DNA of 64,000 bases from Paecilomyces variotii. Lineage: Eukaryota. The notes under the pieces were generated by a model. The model ran no database searches. It was given only the letters and a program-made list of their open reading frames with translations, and was not told where the DNA came from. Position numbers and translations under genes: made by a program. Each line of letters starts with the position of its first letter. Within the stretch, counting starts at the first letter, position 1. The stretch lies in assembly GCA_004022145.1 (NCBI GenBank), contig RCNU01000001.1. The stretch is one strand, 5' to 3'. Shown here piece after piece: positions 1 to 12,201 of the stretch.

Positions 1-360
1 GCGATGGGCAAGATTGGTGCCTTCGTGGGAACGTATGTTCTCCCGATTGTTCAGAAGAACGCCCCCAACCCGACCCGTTCTGGACAGGATCCTTTCTTCG
101 TGTCGAGTGCGCTGTGCATCTTCAGTGCGGCGCTGGCGTTCTTCCTGCTCCCGCATATTGGACAGGTAAGTTACGATCTCGGCAACAATGGGCCGCTTCA
201 GTACTGATCAGTATCTCTGCAGGACACGATTACGGAGGAGGATCTTAATTTCCGTGCCTATCTCGAGGCGAATGGCTACGATACTTCCAACATGGGCAAT
301 AGGGACGCCAAGGAGCGAACCCCCCAGAACGCTGCGCCTGAAGTCACCGCGGAAGTATGA
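1..360 (+). CDS. GIT1: MFS glycerophosphodiester/phospholipid transporter, Git1-like (3' part only; intron 166-222)
   Basis: AMGKIGAFVGTYVLP...FFLLPHIGQ spliced (GTAAGT...CTGCAG) to DTITEEDLNFRAYLEANGYDTS, the C-terminal signature of fungal Git1-type transporters; TGA at 358-360. Confidence 0.75.
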
Positions 361-1333
361 GTCTCTTAAAATCTTGAACCAGGACCGCACGGCAGACGAC
401 AGTGAGTACCAGTCTCATCACCTTCTGCACATGTCCAGTAATACGGTACCGCCCACACTCCGGGGGTAGTCGCTTTGTCGCGTCTACAGCTACATGGGAA
501 CAGCAGCCCTCGCCAGTTGAACTCGCCCGTTAGTGATGGTAGAGAGTTGAGACGAGAGCTGGGTGCAGCCATGATCTCACCGCCCAACGATGATAGAGAA
601 GGCCCGATGCAGCATGGAAAAGAGACGAGTCGTAGAGGCGCAGTCCCACGTGTCCAATGGATGGAGGCGATCGATTTGGCCCTTCGTATTTCAAAATTTA
701 TGCCCAAGATCCCGTGTACCTTAGCGTTGCCCTGTGCCGGAAGGGAGATGATTGTATAATTGTTAGCTACCAAGAGCCCACGAGCTTCCAGCACTCTCCT
801 TCGCAGCCATCCTCTCCGAACGGCCGAGTGCCTTCGTAAATGCCCTCGAGGAGCATCCCACCCAACTGTCAACTCATGACAGCCAAACCAATTGGACAGT
901 AGACGATCTCACATCGATCAAAAGAGCAGCCGTCGATCCATCGAGAGTGCGCATGGTTGTGTGCGGGGGACCATATAGATGGCGATTCCTCTCGTCTTCT
1001 CTGGCTTCTCCATCTCCCGGTCGCAGAGATGTGGGGAGAGATGGCGCGCGGTCGGGGTAAGTAAGTCGTTTCCCCGCGTCTCCGAAAGACGAGTCAAAAG
1101 GAGGTGAATGTCATCTTCAAGCTCATTTCTCTCTTCTTTTTGGATTTAAATCCATCCTAGGGATTATTATTATTAGTATTATTTAATCATTGAGAAAGTT
1201 CAACTGCAGTGGGGTGGGAATCCAGAGTCAGTTAAGTGATAACTAAAGGATTAACTTAACTACTAACTAGTTCCAACTTCACGGACATCCGCAACGGCAT
1301 CGCACTCACGGCGGTCGGCTTTCCCCAGCCCAG

Positions 1334-1339
1334 CCGAGG
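1334..1339 (+). promoter_or_regulatory. Putative FarA/FarB fatty-acid response site (CCGAGG = CCTCGG)
   Basis: Exact core about 265 bp upstream of the PEX11 ATG; CCTCGG is the known Far core in Aspergillus peroxisomal genes. A 6-mer alone is weak evidence. Confidence 0.45.
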
Positions 1340-1601
1340 TTGACCACTTAATTAAATCGACACAATCCATCCTCCATCCCTGACGTCTCCGACTCCATAT
1401 AGTGTGTCTGTTTCCGTTCCTAGACCCGCATTCTCTCTCTTCTTTCTCCTCTCTCCCATCCTTATCCAAGCCTCCACGTCTAGCCCGGTCTCCGCCGACA
1501 TAAATAAATACCGGAAGCACCGGACGTCACCAGCAGTCATCTCAGTACTCATCATTCACGAACAAGTCGTGCAATCGAACAAAGTCATCACCACCACAAC
1601 C

Positions 1602-2518
1602 ATGGTTGCTGACGCCGTTATCTACCACCCTGCGGTGGCTCATTACCTGCGCTTCGTCGCTACGACCGGTAGGTAGACTCGTTGATTCTTATCCTTATCG
1701 CTCATCCTCGATCAAAACGCAGGATGAAGGAGGAGATGTGACGGTCGCAATGCGGGATCTTCTCTCCCGTCCATATCAGATGGAACATGGAGAGACGAGT
1801 TTACTGATGATCTATAATAGTTGGTCGCGACAAGCTGCTGCGAACCCTCCAGTACTTCTCCCGCTTCTACGCCTGGTACCTGTTCCGTACCAACCGCCCC
1901 CAGACCGCGATCGCACCCTTCGAATCCATCAAGAAGCAGTTCGGTCTGACGCGAAAGATCCTCCGTATCGGCAAGTTCATTGAACACTTCAAGGCCGCTG
2001 CCGTTGCCTTTGACAACAAGGCCCCCGTCGACCCGATCCTGCGCTGTCTTGCCGTGGGTCGCCAGCTTGGTTACGCCGGCTACATGTCTTACGACACTAT
2101 CACCGTCATCCACGCTCTCGGCATCAAGAAGCTCGCGAACCCGAAGAAGATGCAGGAGAACGCATACCGCGCGTGGTTGGCGTCATTGGTGTGCAGCGCT
2201 ATCGCGGGAGTCTACTCTCTATGGAAGTTGCACCAGCGCGAGAAGCTGGTCGACCGCACGGAAGGCGAGGGCGCTGTGGAATTGAAGAAGATCCAGAAGT
2301 ACGTCTTTTCTATGCAGTCTATTCGAGTTTCGTATGTTAATTAACCTCTGTTCAGGGAACGCGCCGCCGCCCGCGTCCAGCTCATCTCGGACCTGTTCGA
2401 CCTCCCGATCCCTCTCTCGGGAGTGGGCATCGTCCCTCTCGACGACGGTATCGTCGGTCTCTCGGGTACCGTCAGCTCCCTGCTCGGCATCTGGTCGGCC
2501 TGGAAGAAGACTGCCTAA
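1602..2518 (+). CDS. PEX11: Peroxisomal biogenesis factor 11 (exons 1602-1668, 1821-2298, 2357-2518)
   Basis: MVADAVIYHP...ATT/VGRDKLLRTLQYFSRFYAWY motif, RKILRIGKF, C-terminal DDGIVGLSGTVSSLLGIWSAWKKT; GT-AG introns with CTRAY-like branch sites. Confidence 0.95.
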
Positions 2519-3640
2519 GCGGGCTCTACCCGATGATACCGACTGGAACCAGAACTGTACATCAGTACGTGCGCGACAGTAGCTGGATCCTTACTAGTGC
2601 CTAATTGGGATGGTATATACACTTTGTTACAGGTCCAAAGGATGGGGAGGGTTTGCGTTGATTGCGTCGTTTTGTTGTTACAATAGAGAGAACCCGACCG
2701 AGAGGCAAAACTGCACAATGGACGAAACGGATAGTTATTCCTTATTCACTATTCCTTGGCTGATATGCAGTATTATCATTCTTTTCGCAAGCCCTCGATC
2801 CTTTTCGTTTACACTTGTCTGATATCCGCTTTCCTATTGGTCTTGCCCCTTCTGCTGACGAGAATTCATGTATGCTATCCAATTTACCAAAACTGTTTTT
2901 TTTTTCCTACGATATAACCAACATACCTATCTACTTCCATACAAGTAGGAATCTGTAAAACCTTAAGTTTCTAACCATACATTCTCGAATCCCAGATAGT
3001 TAACTGCCTGGGCACCGCAGTGAAAACGCCGCGCGGAATGGATATGGATATCGTTTTCCCCTCCCCCCTTCCCCTCACAGCTAACTAATAATAACAACAA
3101 TAATAGTAATAGTCATAACGAATCTCCAAATCGAAACCCCAAGAAAGAAAGAAAAAAAGGTTTTCCGAGAATTTCCCGAAAGAAAAGGAATTCACGTTGC
3201 GCCCCCCCTTTCTTCCATTTATAATTTAGTTGGGAAGATGAGACGGTATGTGATTGCTCCAGTGGCTGATTAGTATTACCAATTCCGGCGATAATATCGG
3301 TCTAACCTAGTTTGGAATGTATATATATATACCTAGGTATGGTAACTAGTTTATACTCCGTATTATTATTATTACCGTCCGTGAACTTTAGAGAAATATA
3401 TTTTGTACAGTACGTACATACATGGTTAATTACATGGTAATAATAATGTCAATTAGGGGGGAATGGGAGAGATCGAAATTGAAAGTAAATCTTAAATTAT
3501 GGTTTTCGGTCGTTACTTTTTTTTCGCTTTTCTGTGGTACAAAATAAGTACAGTAGCTGAAAGTCATACCGAATTCAGACTGTCGCTTCGTTCGCTAAAA
3601 TATCGGATCTGGTTACGTAATTCATTGCGTGGACGAACTA

Positions 3641-3660
3641 GATAGATAGATAGATAGATA
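3641..3660. repeat. (GATA)5 microsatellite
   Basis: gatagatagatagatagata in an AT-rich intergenic tract. Confidence 0.85.
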
Positions 3661-6600
3661 CATTTCGTTCTATTATATTAAATGATAGAATATTGTAGAA
3701 AGGGCAAAGAAAAATGTACAGAGCTTTAGATCAGATACTTGAATATCAAGGTGGCTTTTTACTCTATCCGTATGGATAGATTCTTGGTCCAGTGAAGATA
3801 ATAGTTAAATAATATCACTCGGACTGACTGCGCTGCCCTTCTGATTAATACTCATGACGCAGTTGTGGGCGACACTCCGAATATCCACTTTCGATAACGA
3901 ACCTTGGGAAAAGCCGGTCCGTAGATGTAAGGACTCGATGCAGGGTCCTTTCCCCTACTCGATAAAGCATAATATGGATGAAGGGATAAGGAACCTAAGC
4001 TTTGGTTTTTCAGAATCGTGGAAGTTATGCGGATGTATTGTTTCAGACTGGGTATATCATATCTTCTAAGAACGCAGAAAAAGAGAACCACATAGCGATT
4101 TTTTTTCCCATGCTGGACGCTTGTATCCCTTCCCATGATCCATAGTGAACATAGTTGAGTAGACCTGCGTCATTGTGGAACAGATTCATCCTTATATTAT
4201 ATCTTCATCGAATCAGCGGCGACACTCGGATGCAGGAACGAGGATGGCTCGGATGCAGGGTCTGATTGCATCGCACAATGTGGAGTGGAGATCTGTATGG
4301 TATATCCATCCCCTCGAGGATACCTAGGTGTGGCTCGAAGCGAATTGACTTGAAGACCATCTTTAATTTAACCTCACGGAAAGCGGGTGGGATTTCGTTG
4401 CCAGGTTACCCACCTGGATGCGCGTTCTTGAGTAGGTAGTTTCCAGGTCTGTTTCCAAAGTCCCTTGTTGTCTGGATCGGTAGTAACTTAGTTATACTAT
4501 ACTACACGATGACAACGGAGATATGATAACTATGCGCTCCAGCTTTGGGCGAAGCACAGATTAACTACTACGTCTATCTACTGTACTGTACCAAGCATGT
4601 CGATAATTTCATCCCAGATCTCTCGACGGTCTTGTGTAGTGGCAATTTGATCATGAGCAACACGTCGGAAAACAGACGGCACAGAATGGGTAACTGACGC
4701 AGAGAGAGAATTTTCATATACCATGAATTGTGACTCCTAGCGTGGGTACTTCTCAACGTCTTCGTTGTAAAGGCCGCCGCACCGAGTCGAGTCCCGTCGA
4801 GACGGCGAGATATCTCCATTTTCCTGCGGCAACTGCCGGCGTACTGAATAGACAACAGTCCACGGACAGGGAGATATGTTAATGAACTTATCTGACCTAC
4901 CAGGAGGGAGTTTTCGAGGAGCAACCTCCCAGTCAGCTTTCTTGGTTCGTGAAGGTGTCTTTAATATCGGCTGATCCAGTCCAGTCTAAGCCAGATTAGC
5001 ATCACCCATGCTTGATAGTTTGGAGATTATCAGGTGAACAAAAGCCATGTGTGCCCTCTCATGGTGCCTTCTATGTGACTATCCTGATAAGAAGTACCTG
5101 GGCAAAGGGGTAGTAGGAATCGAGAAGTTGCCAGCTTGAGTTATGTTTGGAAATGTCAAAATCACGAAGGAATGTTTAATTTTCAATGGCTTTTGTCCGT
5201 GTCTTTATTGGATAATTAGAATAAGTTGGAGATACTTTGAACGAATCATTTTCATTGGTATAACAGTGTTGATGATGGAGTATGCATCGTTCATGAATTC
5301 AGCCATTGTCGTTATTTCCAGAACCTTTTTTGATGGCTGCGTACTTGTGAAACCATTACTGTAGGATGTAGTAGTATTAGGACCAGGATCAAGATCTCAA
5401 ACGAGCTGCTCCCCCTCTAGTCTCTTCGATTTCGATTTGCTGCTTTATAGTCGAAACAGTAGATACTCGTTTGTCCCGAGCTCCGTTCTGAAAGCTGGGG
5501 GGGCGTAGCTCTCATCAATCATGACAAGTTCTTCTTTCGCCAGCGCTTCTTTTGTCGCTAGCTGTTTGCTGAAATCTGAGAAGCAAATGATTTCGGGCCA
5601 TTCATTCTCCGAGGTTTGATCTTTTCGATGAGCTTGTTTGTATATTTTCAAGCGATTTTTGAGAGAGCGTATTGTAGCCGGAGACTTCAGCTGGGTGCAG
5701 GTTATTACAACTGTAAGGGGTAATTCCCGTACAGCTTCCCCTACATATTGAACCCTTATTCTTCCTCCACTTCACCTCCGTGGACCCCCTCCAGAACGTC
5801 ACCCTCATTATTGGAGAACTGAAGCAGTCCTTGGGATTAGCGCAGTATATCACGTACCCAAAAGCTTGGGCTCACGAATGGGTCTGAATGCGACATCCAC
5901 CCAAGCAGGTGATAGTATAATACAGTATTACCCTCTCGAGAAGCAGCATAGTAGGTTCGCAACGTCTCTCCTGAATATACTCTGATCGAATTGTCATTTA
6001 TCGACAGCTGATGTACGAGGAGGTTGAGATAGTTCTGGAAGTCGTTGAATCTTCCCAAGATTTCTCTGTTTGGATAATGCGCGCATGATACGGCTTTCCG
6101 GCTAAAGCCTCTCCACAGTATATAGAAATAGATGTTAATATACTATCCACGGACGTATAGGGTAAGGGTGCGATTGTGGAGGATGGAGTCGAGATACCAC
6201 CTGTCGACGGCGGGCATCAGCCATAGTAGAGGAATCAGAGCTGTGTAGCCCACAGAAGCGAAAACCGGGAGATGGAGTAGAATCCGCGTCCAGAGCAGCA
6301 TCAGCAGCAGTCCGTTTATCGACCGGACCGGTGTAATTGCAGTAGGGGCAGGGTCTTTGAAGAGGAATATAAGACCCTCAGTATCCTCACATAAACATCA
6401 AAACCCGTTAGGCCTTTAAAATACCCAGTGGATCTTTATGATTAAGATGAACATTTACTTGTCTTGTCGGACTCAGAGAGTGCTTTTTGTTTGACGAGGT
6501 CTGATCTCGAATGTTGCAGTCATCATTGCGGGCTCGATATTCATTTTTGCTTCTTCCCTCAGCTCAGGTTCGTCTTTGCTTTCAATTGTCTCGACTCAAA

Positions 6601-8573
6601 GAGTGCTGATGCTGACGTCCACGCCCCATGGAATATCAACGGCACGGAATGCCATTAACGCCGACTTATCAAATTCTTCCCCGGCCTTGTGCTGAGTGGC
6701 ATTTAGGCAGCCAGGCTGAGGTCTCGATGCTTGATTCGACGGTTCAGAACGCCAAATGGGACATTAAAGGCCCGGCGGTACAGCTCCATGCAGCAAATCA
6801 AAGGTGGTTTCTTTAGACATTGACTATCTAGACCGATGTATGAATCTCAAGTTAGCAACTAATCCAAACATATATGAAATCAGAATCAGGGTTCTTGAAT
6901 AGTAGCATATGCTGCACGTACATTTAGAACTATCATGGTTTATCCACGACTTGTTTTCAAATGCGATTTGAACCTCCCATAGTAGAGTATAGATACTTTG
7001 GGCGGTCGCTTATTGCTGTATCTCCACATGAGGGGACGCCGCTCCCAAGATAGGGTTGAGCACACGAATTGCATGGTTTGGTACAGGATACCAGAAGTGG
7101 AACTTGATGTTCAATCGCATGCCATGTATCTTTGAGAAAGAATTTCCGGGACCTGCTTCCTTTGGTGTTCGAAATAGGTTCAACCTAGAATTTCAATAGA
7201 CAATAACAGGGATAAAAAGAACATCGTATGAAAGTGAGCAACGGAAGCACGGGGAATACTGAATATTCAAGCTTAGAAGTAGCGGTAGAGAGAACATGGA
7301 CATTGATATCCAGAAGAATGACAATCGAACCTTTCCTCCAGATCTTTCGAGCCATTATCTTCTAGGACATTATAGTTTCTGCTTCGAGCCACTTATATAA
7401 AAATCCAGCCCTCCCAAACCATGGCACTATACCCACAAGTAGAGTAGTATCGGGATACCACGATGACTCTGTAGCAATGTTTGAGCCGCCTTGTCATCCA
7501 CCCATGCCCACTTCGTCCTTGATTATGATCTGGATGAGTGGCAATCCGCCGCAGTTGCATCTCTCGCTCACGTGAGGATCTCTGAATGAGGTTATTGGAG
7601 TTTGAGAAAGAATATCGTGGATATACAAATAAAATGTGGTATTCCTGTGCCAACAGCCACTAAAATGGCACATGTATTGCCTTCCAAACAGGAGGTGTGG
7701 GCAGGTGGGATGGTATCTCAGGTAGTAGTCCCATTGTCAAATGGGATTCGTGAAGATAAGCACCGACAGATGAGCGATTCTCGCCAGATCAATGCAATGT
7801 GATGCCCAACGGCACCACCCATCAGGTCTGGGTCGTTCCAGACGTACTTGTCAATAGGTCGTCTGGTTAGGAATGCCTCGGGGATCGTTATCATAGACCG
7901 TGAATGGGTTGAAGTCAGGGGGTAAGGTGAACGTGTTCCATAGACGATCGTTAGAAGATTTAATCAAGAACGGCATAAGTCCTTTAAAATCCTCGATTGC
8001 GTTCAAAATACTGAACCTTTTTTTTTCTCTGGAACAAATTTCTCTATAATAGAGTAGCGACCCATCTTATGCGTTGAGACCTATTTCCAGCGAAAAGAAA
8101 AACACAAAGGCGTTGGCATTGACTAGGACCGGCAAATAGCTGATCTGCAGAATCCTCCCGAGTAGTCAGGTTGACTTGATCGAGATAGTGTCGAATGACT
8201 GGCCTGGCAAGATACTGTAACAGATTGAATCAATATGTATTAGACTGAGACGGTGCTGATATTCTGTACTTACGGTCATCTTTGATAATGCCCAGGAGGG
8301 TTGTCTGGTCGAATTTATTGAAAAACTTGAATGAAAAGCGAATTCAGTTATCGTTGCTTATGAAATATCAATAGTATACAGAGCCATGAAGTGTATACTG
8401 CTGCAAAGTATGAACAGATATACTATTGCTGCTTCTCAAAGAGAATGCAATCTACTGTCTATATAGTTATTTGTCAGAACTACAGTATAGACAGAAACCC
8501 CGGCCCAATACAATGGGCGCTGAGGATGGAAAGAAATGGGAAACAGAAAAACTCGAACTTGACCCCTCATCCC

Positions 8574-8598
8574 ATATATATATATATATATATATATA
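8574..8598. repeat. (TA)n microsatellite
   Basis: About 12 TA units seen directly. Confidence 0.9.
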
Positions 8599-9489
8599 GT
8601 CAAGAGAATCCATTCACACCGACTGGTTCTTGACTGCGCTCTTTCCCGACAAGGCGCAATTCATACAGAGTCGTCCTTCGATGAATGACGTGGAGACTGC
8701 ACTGCTGGTATACCAATGGCTGTAGGGGGACCAGAAGAGTGAAAGAACCTTTGCAATTCAAGCAGATTTCTCCCGCTAGATCTGAACGTAATATGGAATT
8801 AAACGTGCCTTTGACCAAGCCCTTACCGTTGTTGAATGCAGAATATCCAGTTACGTCCACGTCGATCATGCTGACAATCTGACAAGAATCGGGACCTCAC
8901 GGGCCCAGCCACGAGTCCTTATCACTCTTGATAGTTGATTCATACGGTCCTCAACATTGCTTGTACGGACGACCCAACTCATCTGCAGATAATCAGTATC
9001 AGAAAAGCTCCGATCCAAACAACATCCCCCAAAGCGCATCTCCCGTAGGACAAAACACCTATCACTTCACATCGAAAAGCAAGTTAAAACACCACCAAAC
9101 CCACATCGCACACGCTGTCCACCTATCTTTAAACCGCGTGGATCGTGCCAGCGCTGAAACCGCGTCGACTCGGATGCGTTGGTTGGCGGGGCAGGTGATA
9201 CATACCGCTTAGAGCGGGGTAATGATGGCCTATCGCACCAAGTTCAATAATCGAGGCTTATCAGCTGGTCTTTTTCTTCTTATTTATTTCTGCTGGGTTC
9301 CTCTTTTTCTCATTTCTTCTTTTTCTCTCTTTTTACTACTGAATTTTGAGAAAGAAGAGTTATAGCTCGAACAACTATTTTCCAGGTATGTCGGGATGCC
9401 GGTTGTATACTTACCCCCGCTTAGGGAAGGTTGGTACTGATATGGTATAATAGGATCTCTCACCCAACCTTCTAAACGAATCATCCAAA

Positions 9490-9659
9490 ATGGCTGGCCA
9501 CAACTCTTGTCCTTCCTGCGGTGCTGGCATCCAGGGCGAGACCAAGACTTGCAACTCCTGCGGCAAGGTAGGTAGTGTCTGTCGAATCAAGATTTTGCGT
9601 TTTCATGTACGCTTTGAACGAGACGCTGATGTCTTTTCTGATAGACCTGCCCTGTCTAA
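9490..9659 (+). CDS. 30-aa Cys-rich zinc-ribbon micro-protein MAGHNSCPSCGAGIQGETKTCNSCGKTCPV (exons 9490-9567, 9645-9659)
   Basis: Strong start context (CAAAATGG), donor AAG|GTAGGT, branch GCTGAT at 9625, acceptor TAG at 9642-9644, second exon ACC TGC CCT GTC TAA; C-x2-C-x10-C-x2-C pattern. Confidence 0.8.
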
Positions 9660-10032
9660 ACGGACGCTACGAAGAATGAATACCATGGGACGAGGAGTTG
9701 GGTGGCTAGTATTGCAATGAAGAAATCATGCGGGGCTTCGCGTCCGGATCTTTTACTGAACGGATCGCATCAATAGATGGTCTCTGTGCCAAGGCGGTCG
9801 TCGTCTCAGTCATGAATTAGACATTATGTTTTGATTCATATCATATGGGTCTATATTTAGTTCATGATCTTCGTCCATCGCCACTGTAACGCCATATTGT
9901 AGTATCTGCCTGTTTCCCCGTCCGTAGACCGATTTCCTGGGAGTCCTGCTCACTGGAATAAATCAAACCGTCTAAACCCAATGATGACGCCAGACCAATA
10001 CCTAAAATCAAGAAAGAACGCCTATTCCTGCC

Positions 10033-12201
10033 TCACACAATATTCTTTATCTCAGTTTCAACAACATCATGTTTTCGCATCGAGTCCGAGTCTGAGTCCG
10101 AGTCCCTTCGGAAGCTCTCCTGTTCTGGCAGCGGCCAGCCCTCATCACCGCGAATGCCATTCGCATCGTCTGGGTGCAGCGTATGTCGCTGGTTTCGGTA
10201 TTCCATGGCCCCAGTCTCCATGCGTGAAAACCGGTTGTGGACGATCGCAGAGTGCTGCTCTGGCTTGAGCTCACTGTTGTTTGGCAATGGCTCGTTTTCA
10301 GACAGGATAACTATCTCCACCGGGATGTCGCTGATAGGCTTGACATGGAGCACTCTGTATATGAAGCTGAGGATGGGGACAGACAGGCCATGGACTATAA
10401 TGGAGAAAAAGACGAGCCAATAGACGACTGGGATGTGTCATGCATGTTAGATGGATATACTGACGAAAACGTGGTGAGACACTAGGTTCTTACCGGGAAC
10501 AATAGCTGAAGTTAGATTATTGATCTCTCTGTCACTTTCACCTGGCTCCGGAAAGAGTCCGCTGGTGTACTCCGCATACGAGATAGCCCCAAGGCCTAGA
10601 GATTATTAGCATATCTCAGGCAAGCTCAGGGAAGACTTACCTATCGGTCCGAAGTATCCCAGAAACATGGCTTCTCTCCAGTTATTGCAAACTTTAGACA
10701 TGAATCTATACGTCATAAGAATGGCAGGAATACGACGAAAAACTAGAACAAACAGGCCGAGCCCAAATAGTCGGGCCACTGTGATTCCCGTGGCTTCGGG
10801 CATCTGGAATGTATCCCATGGCATGACAGTACCGAGATACATGAAGGCGCCGAAGTTCAGGAGAGTTTCAATTGCTGGGTTAAATGAATCGTGTCGCGCT
10901 TCCGTCTCATGAAGATACTGGCCGTCCCAGTTGAGAGCGTTTCCTGCAATGAAGCAGGCAAGCGTCTCATCTGATCCAACGCAGCCGCAGGTCCCAATGA
11001 TAAACAACTATATGCATGTTTAGCAGATGAATTCAACAGAGAGCCGGCCTACTTACCGCCATCCCCACAGGGAAAATCAGGTAACACTCATTGCAGATCC
11101 ATTTCCTGTGAAAGTTAGTATACTATTGTGAAGGGACTTTACAGAGTTGACTTACTTTCTGAGGGAAAGATTCAGGATCTTCCTGGATCCGTACCCAACA
11201 AGCGCACCGTAGCTGAAGCCCATCATGACCATGTAAATGACCCCTTCTACAGCCCAGTGTTTCAAAGCTTCCCCAGTACCCCCGCCAAATCGACCTACGT
11301 CTGAGGAGCCTAGCGCATCGGGTATACCTCTTGCAAGATCAAAGTCCTCGAGGGAGATGGTGTTGGCTGGTGCTTCTGCGTAGCGCAGGAGAGAAACGGC
11401 AAGAAGCAGGAAGGGAAAGCCAAAGCCATCATTGCCTCCTGCTTCGGAAGAGATGAATTCTCGGACGTGGCGATGAACGTAGTTGTCAGCAAATGGACCT
11501 TTTGCGATCGCCTGGGACAGAATGGGGTCGGTGGGAGTCACGCAGGATGCGATGATCAACGAAGACAGCTATCGAATGTAAGCAAGAATAGTATCAACAG
11601 GAGATACGATATGTTCAACTTACGAATGAGATTTTTGGTATAAAAAGCATGATGCAAGCAGATGTAAAGAGCCACATGAGTGTCATAACAGCCAGTAAAT
11701 AGATAGTCATCTCCACGAATCGCTCTCTCAGATATTGTTTGGGCAGCTCATAACCGGCCTTGACCATTTGGATTCCAATAACAACACGGGCAACGCCCTA
11801 TGCCTGTTAGCCATGCACATGTCACAACTATATAAAAGGGGGTTTCTCCGGAGGTCAACTTACAAGTGTTATTTCGCTGCTCTGGCCTGCTTCTCCATTT
11901 CCCCATTGATCTGCAATAAGGAACTTTGCACCCACTGGTCCCAAAAGGATACCCAAGACGAAAGCCGGTACTGGGGGTTATCAGCGACCGCCTTAATAGA
12001 ATGGTAGTCCATGGGCCACGAACATGCTTCTCCAATATACCATTTCTGTTTTAATTTCAGCGACAGAAACCCGAAGATCAGTGAAAAGGCACCTGCTTGA
12101 CAATTAGCTTCAGAAGAGAGTACTCGAACTTTCGGGTTCTGCGAACCTGCGACCGAGAGGACGACATTTAGATTACTAACGTCCAGAATCGGTCTGAGCA
12201 T
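10033..12201 (-). CDS. Cation/H+ (Na+/H+) antiporter, CPA1/Nha1-like family, multi-exon
   Basis: LKQKWYIGEA, IASCVTPTDPILSQAIAKG, SSEAGGNDGFGFPF, LVFRRIP, FLGYFGPIG motifs; several GT-AG introns join the exons in frame. Confidence 0.9.

Noticed and set aside
3930-4263. Short repeats CTC(G)GATGCAGG at about 3935, 4225 and 4248
   Set aside because: Only 11-14 nt, irregularly spaced; not a CRISPR-like or transposon-terminal array.
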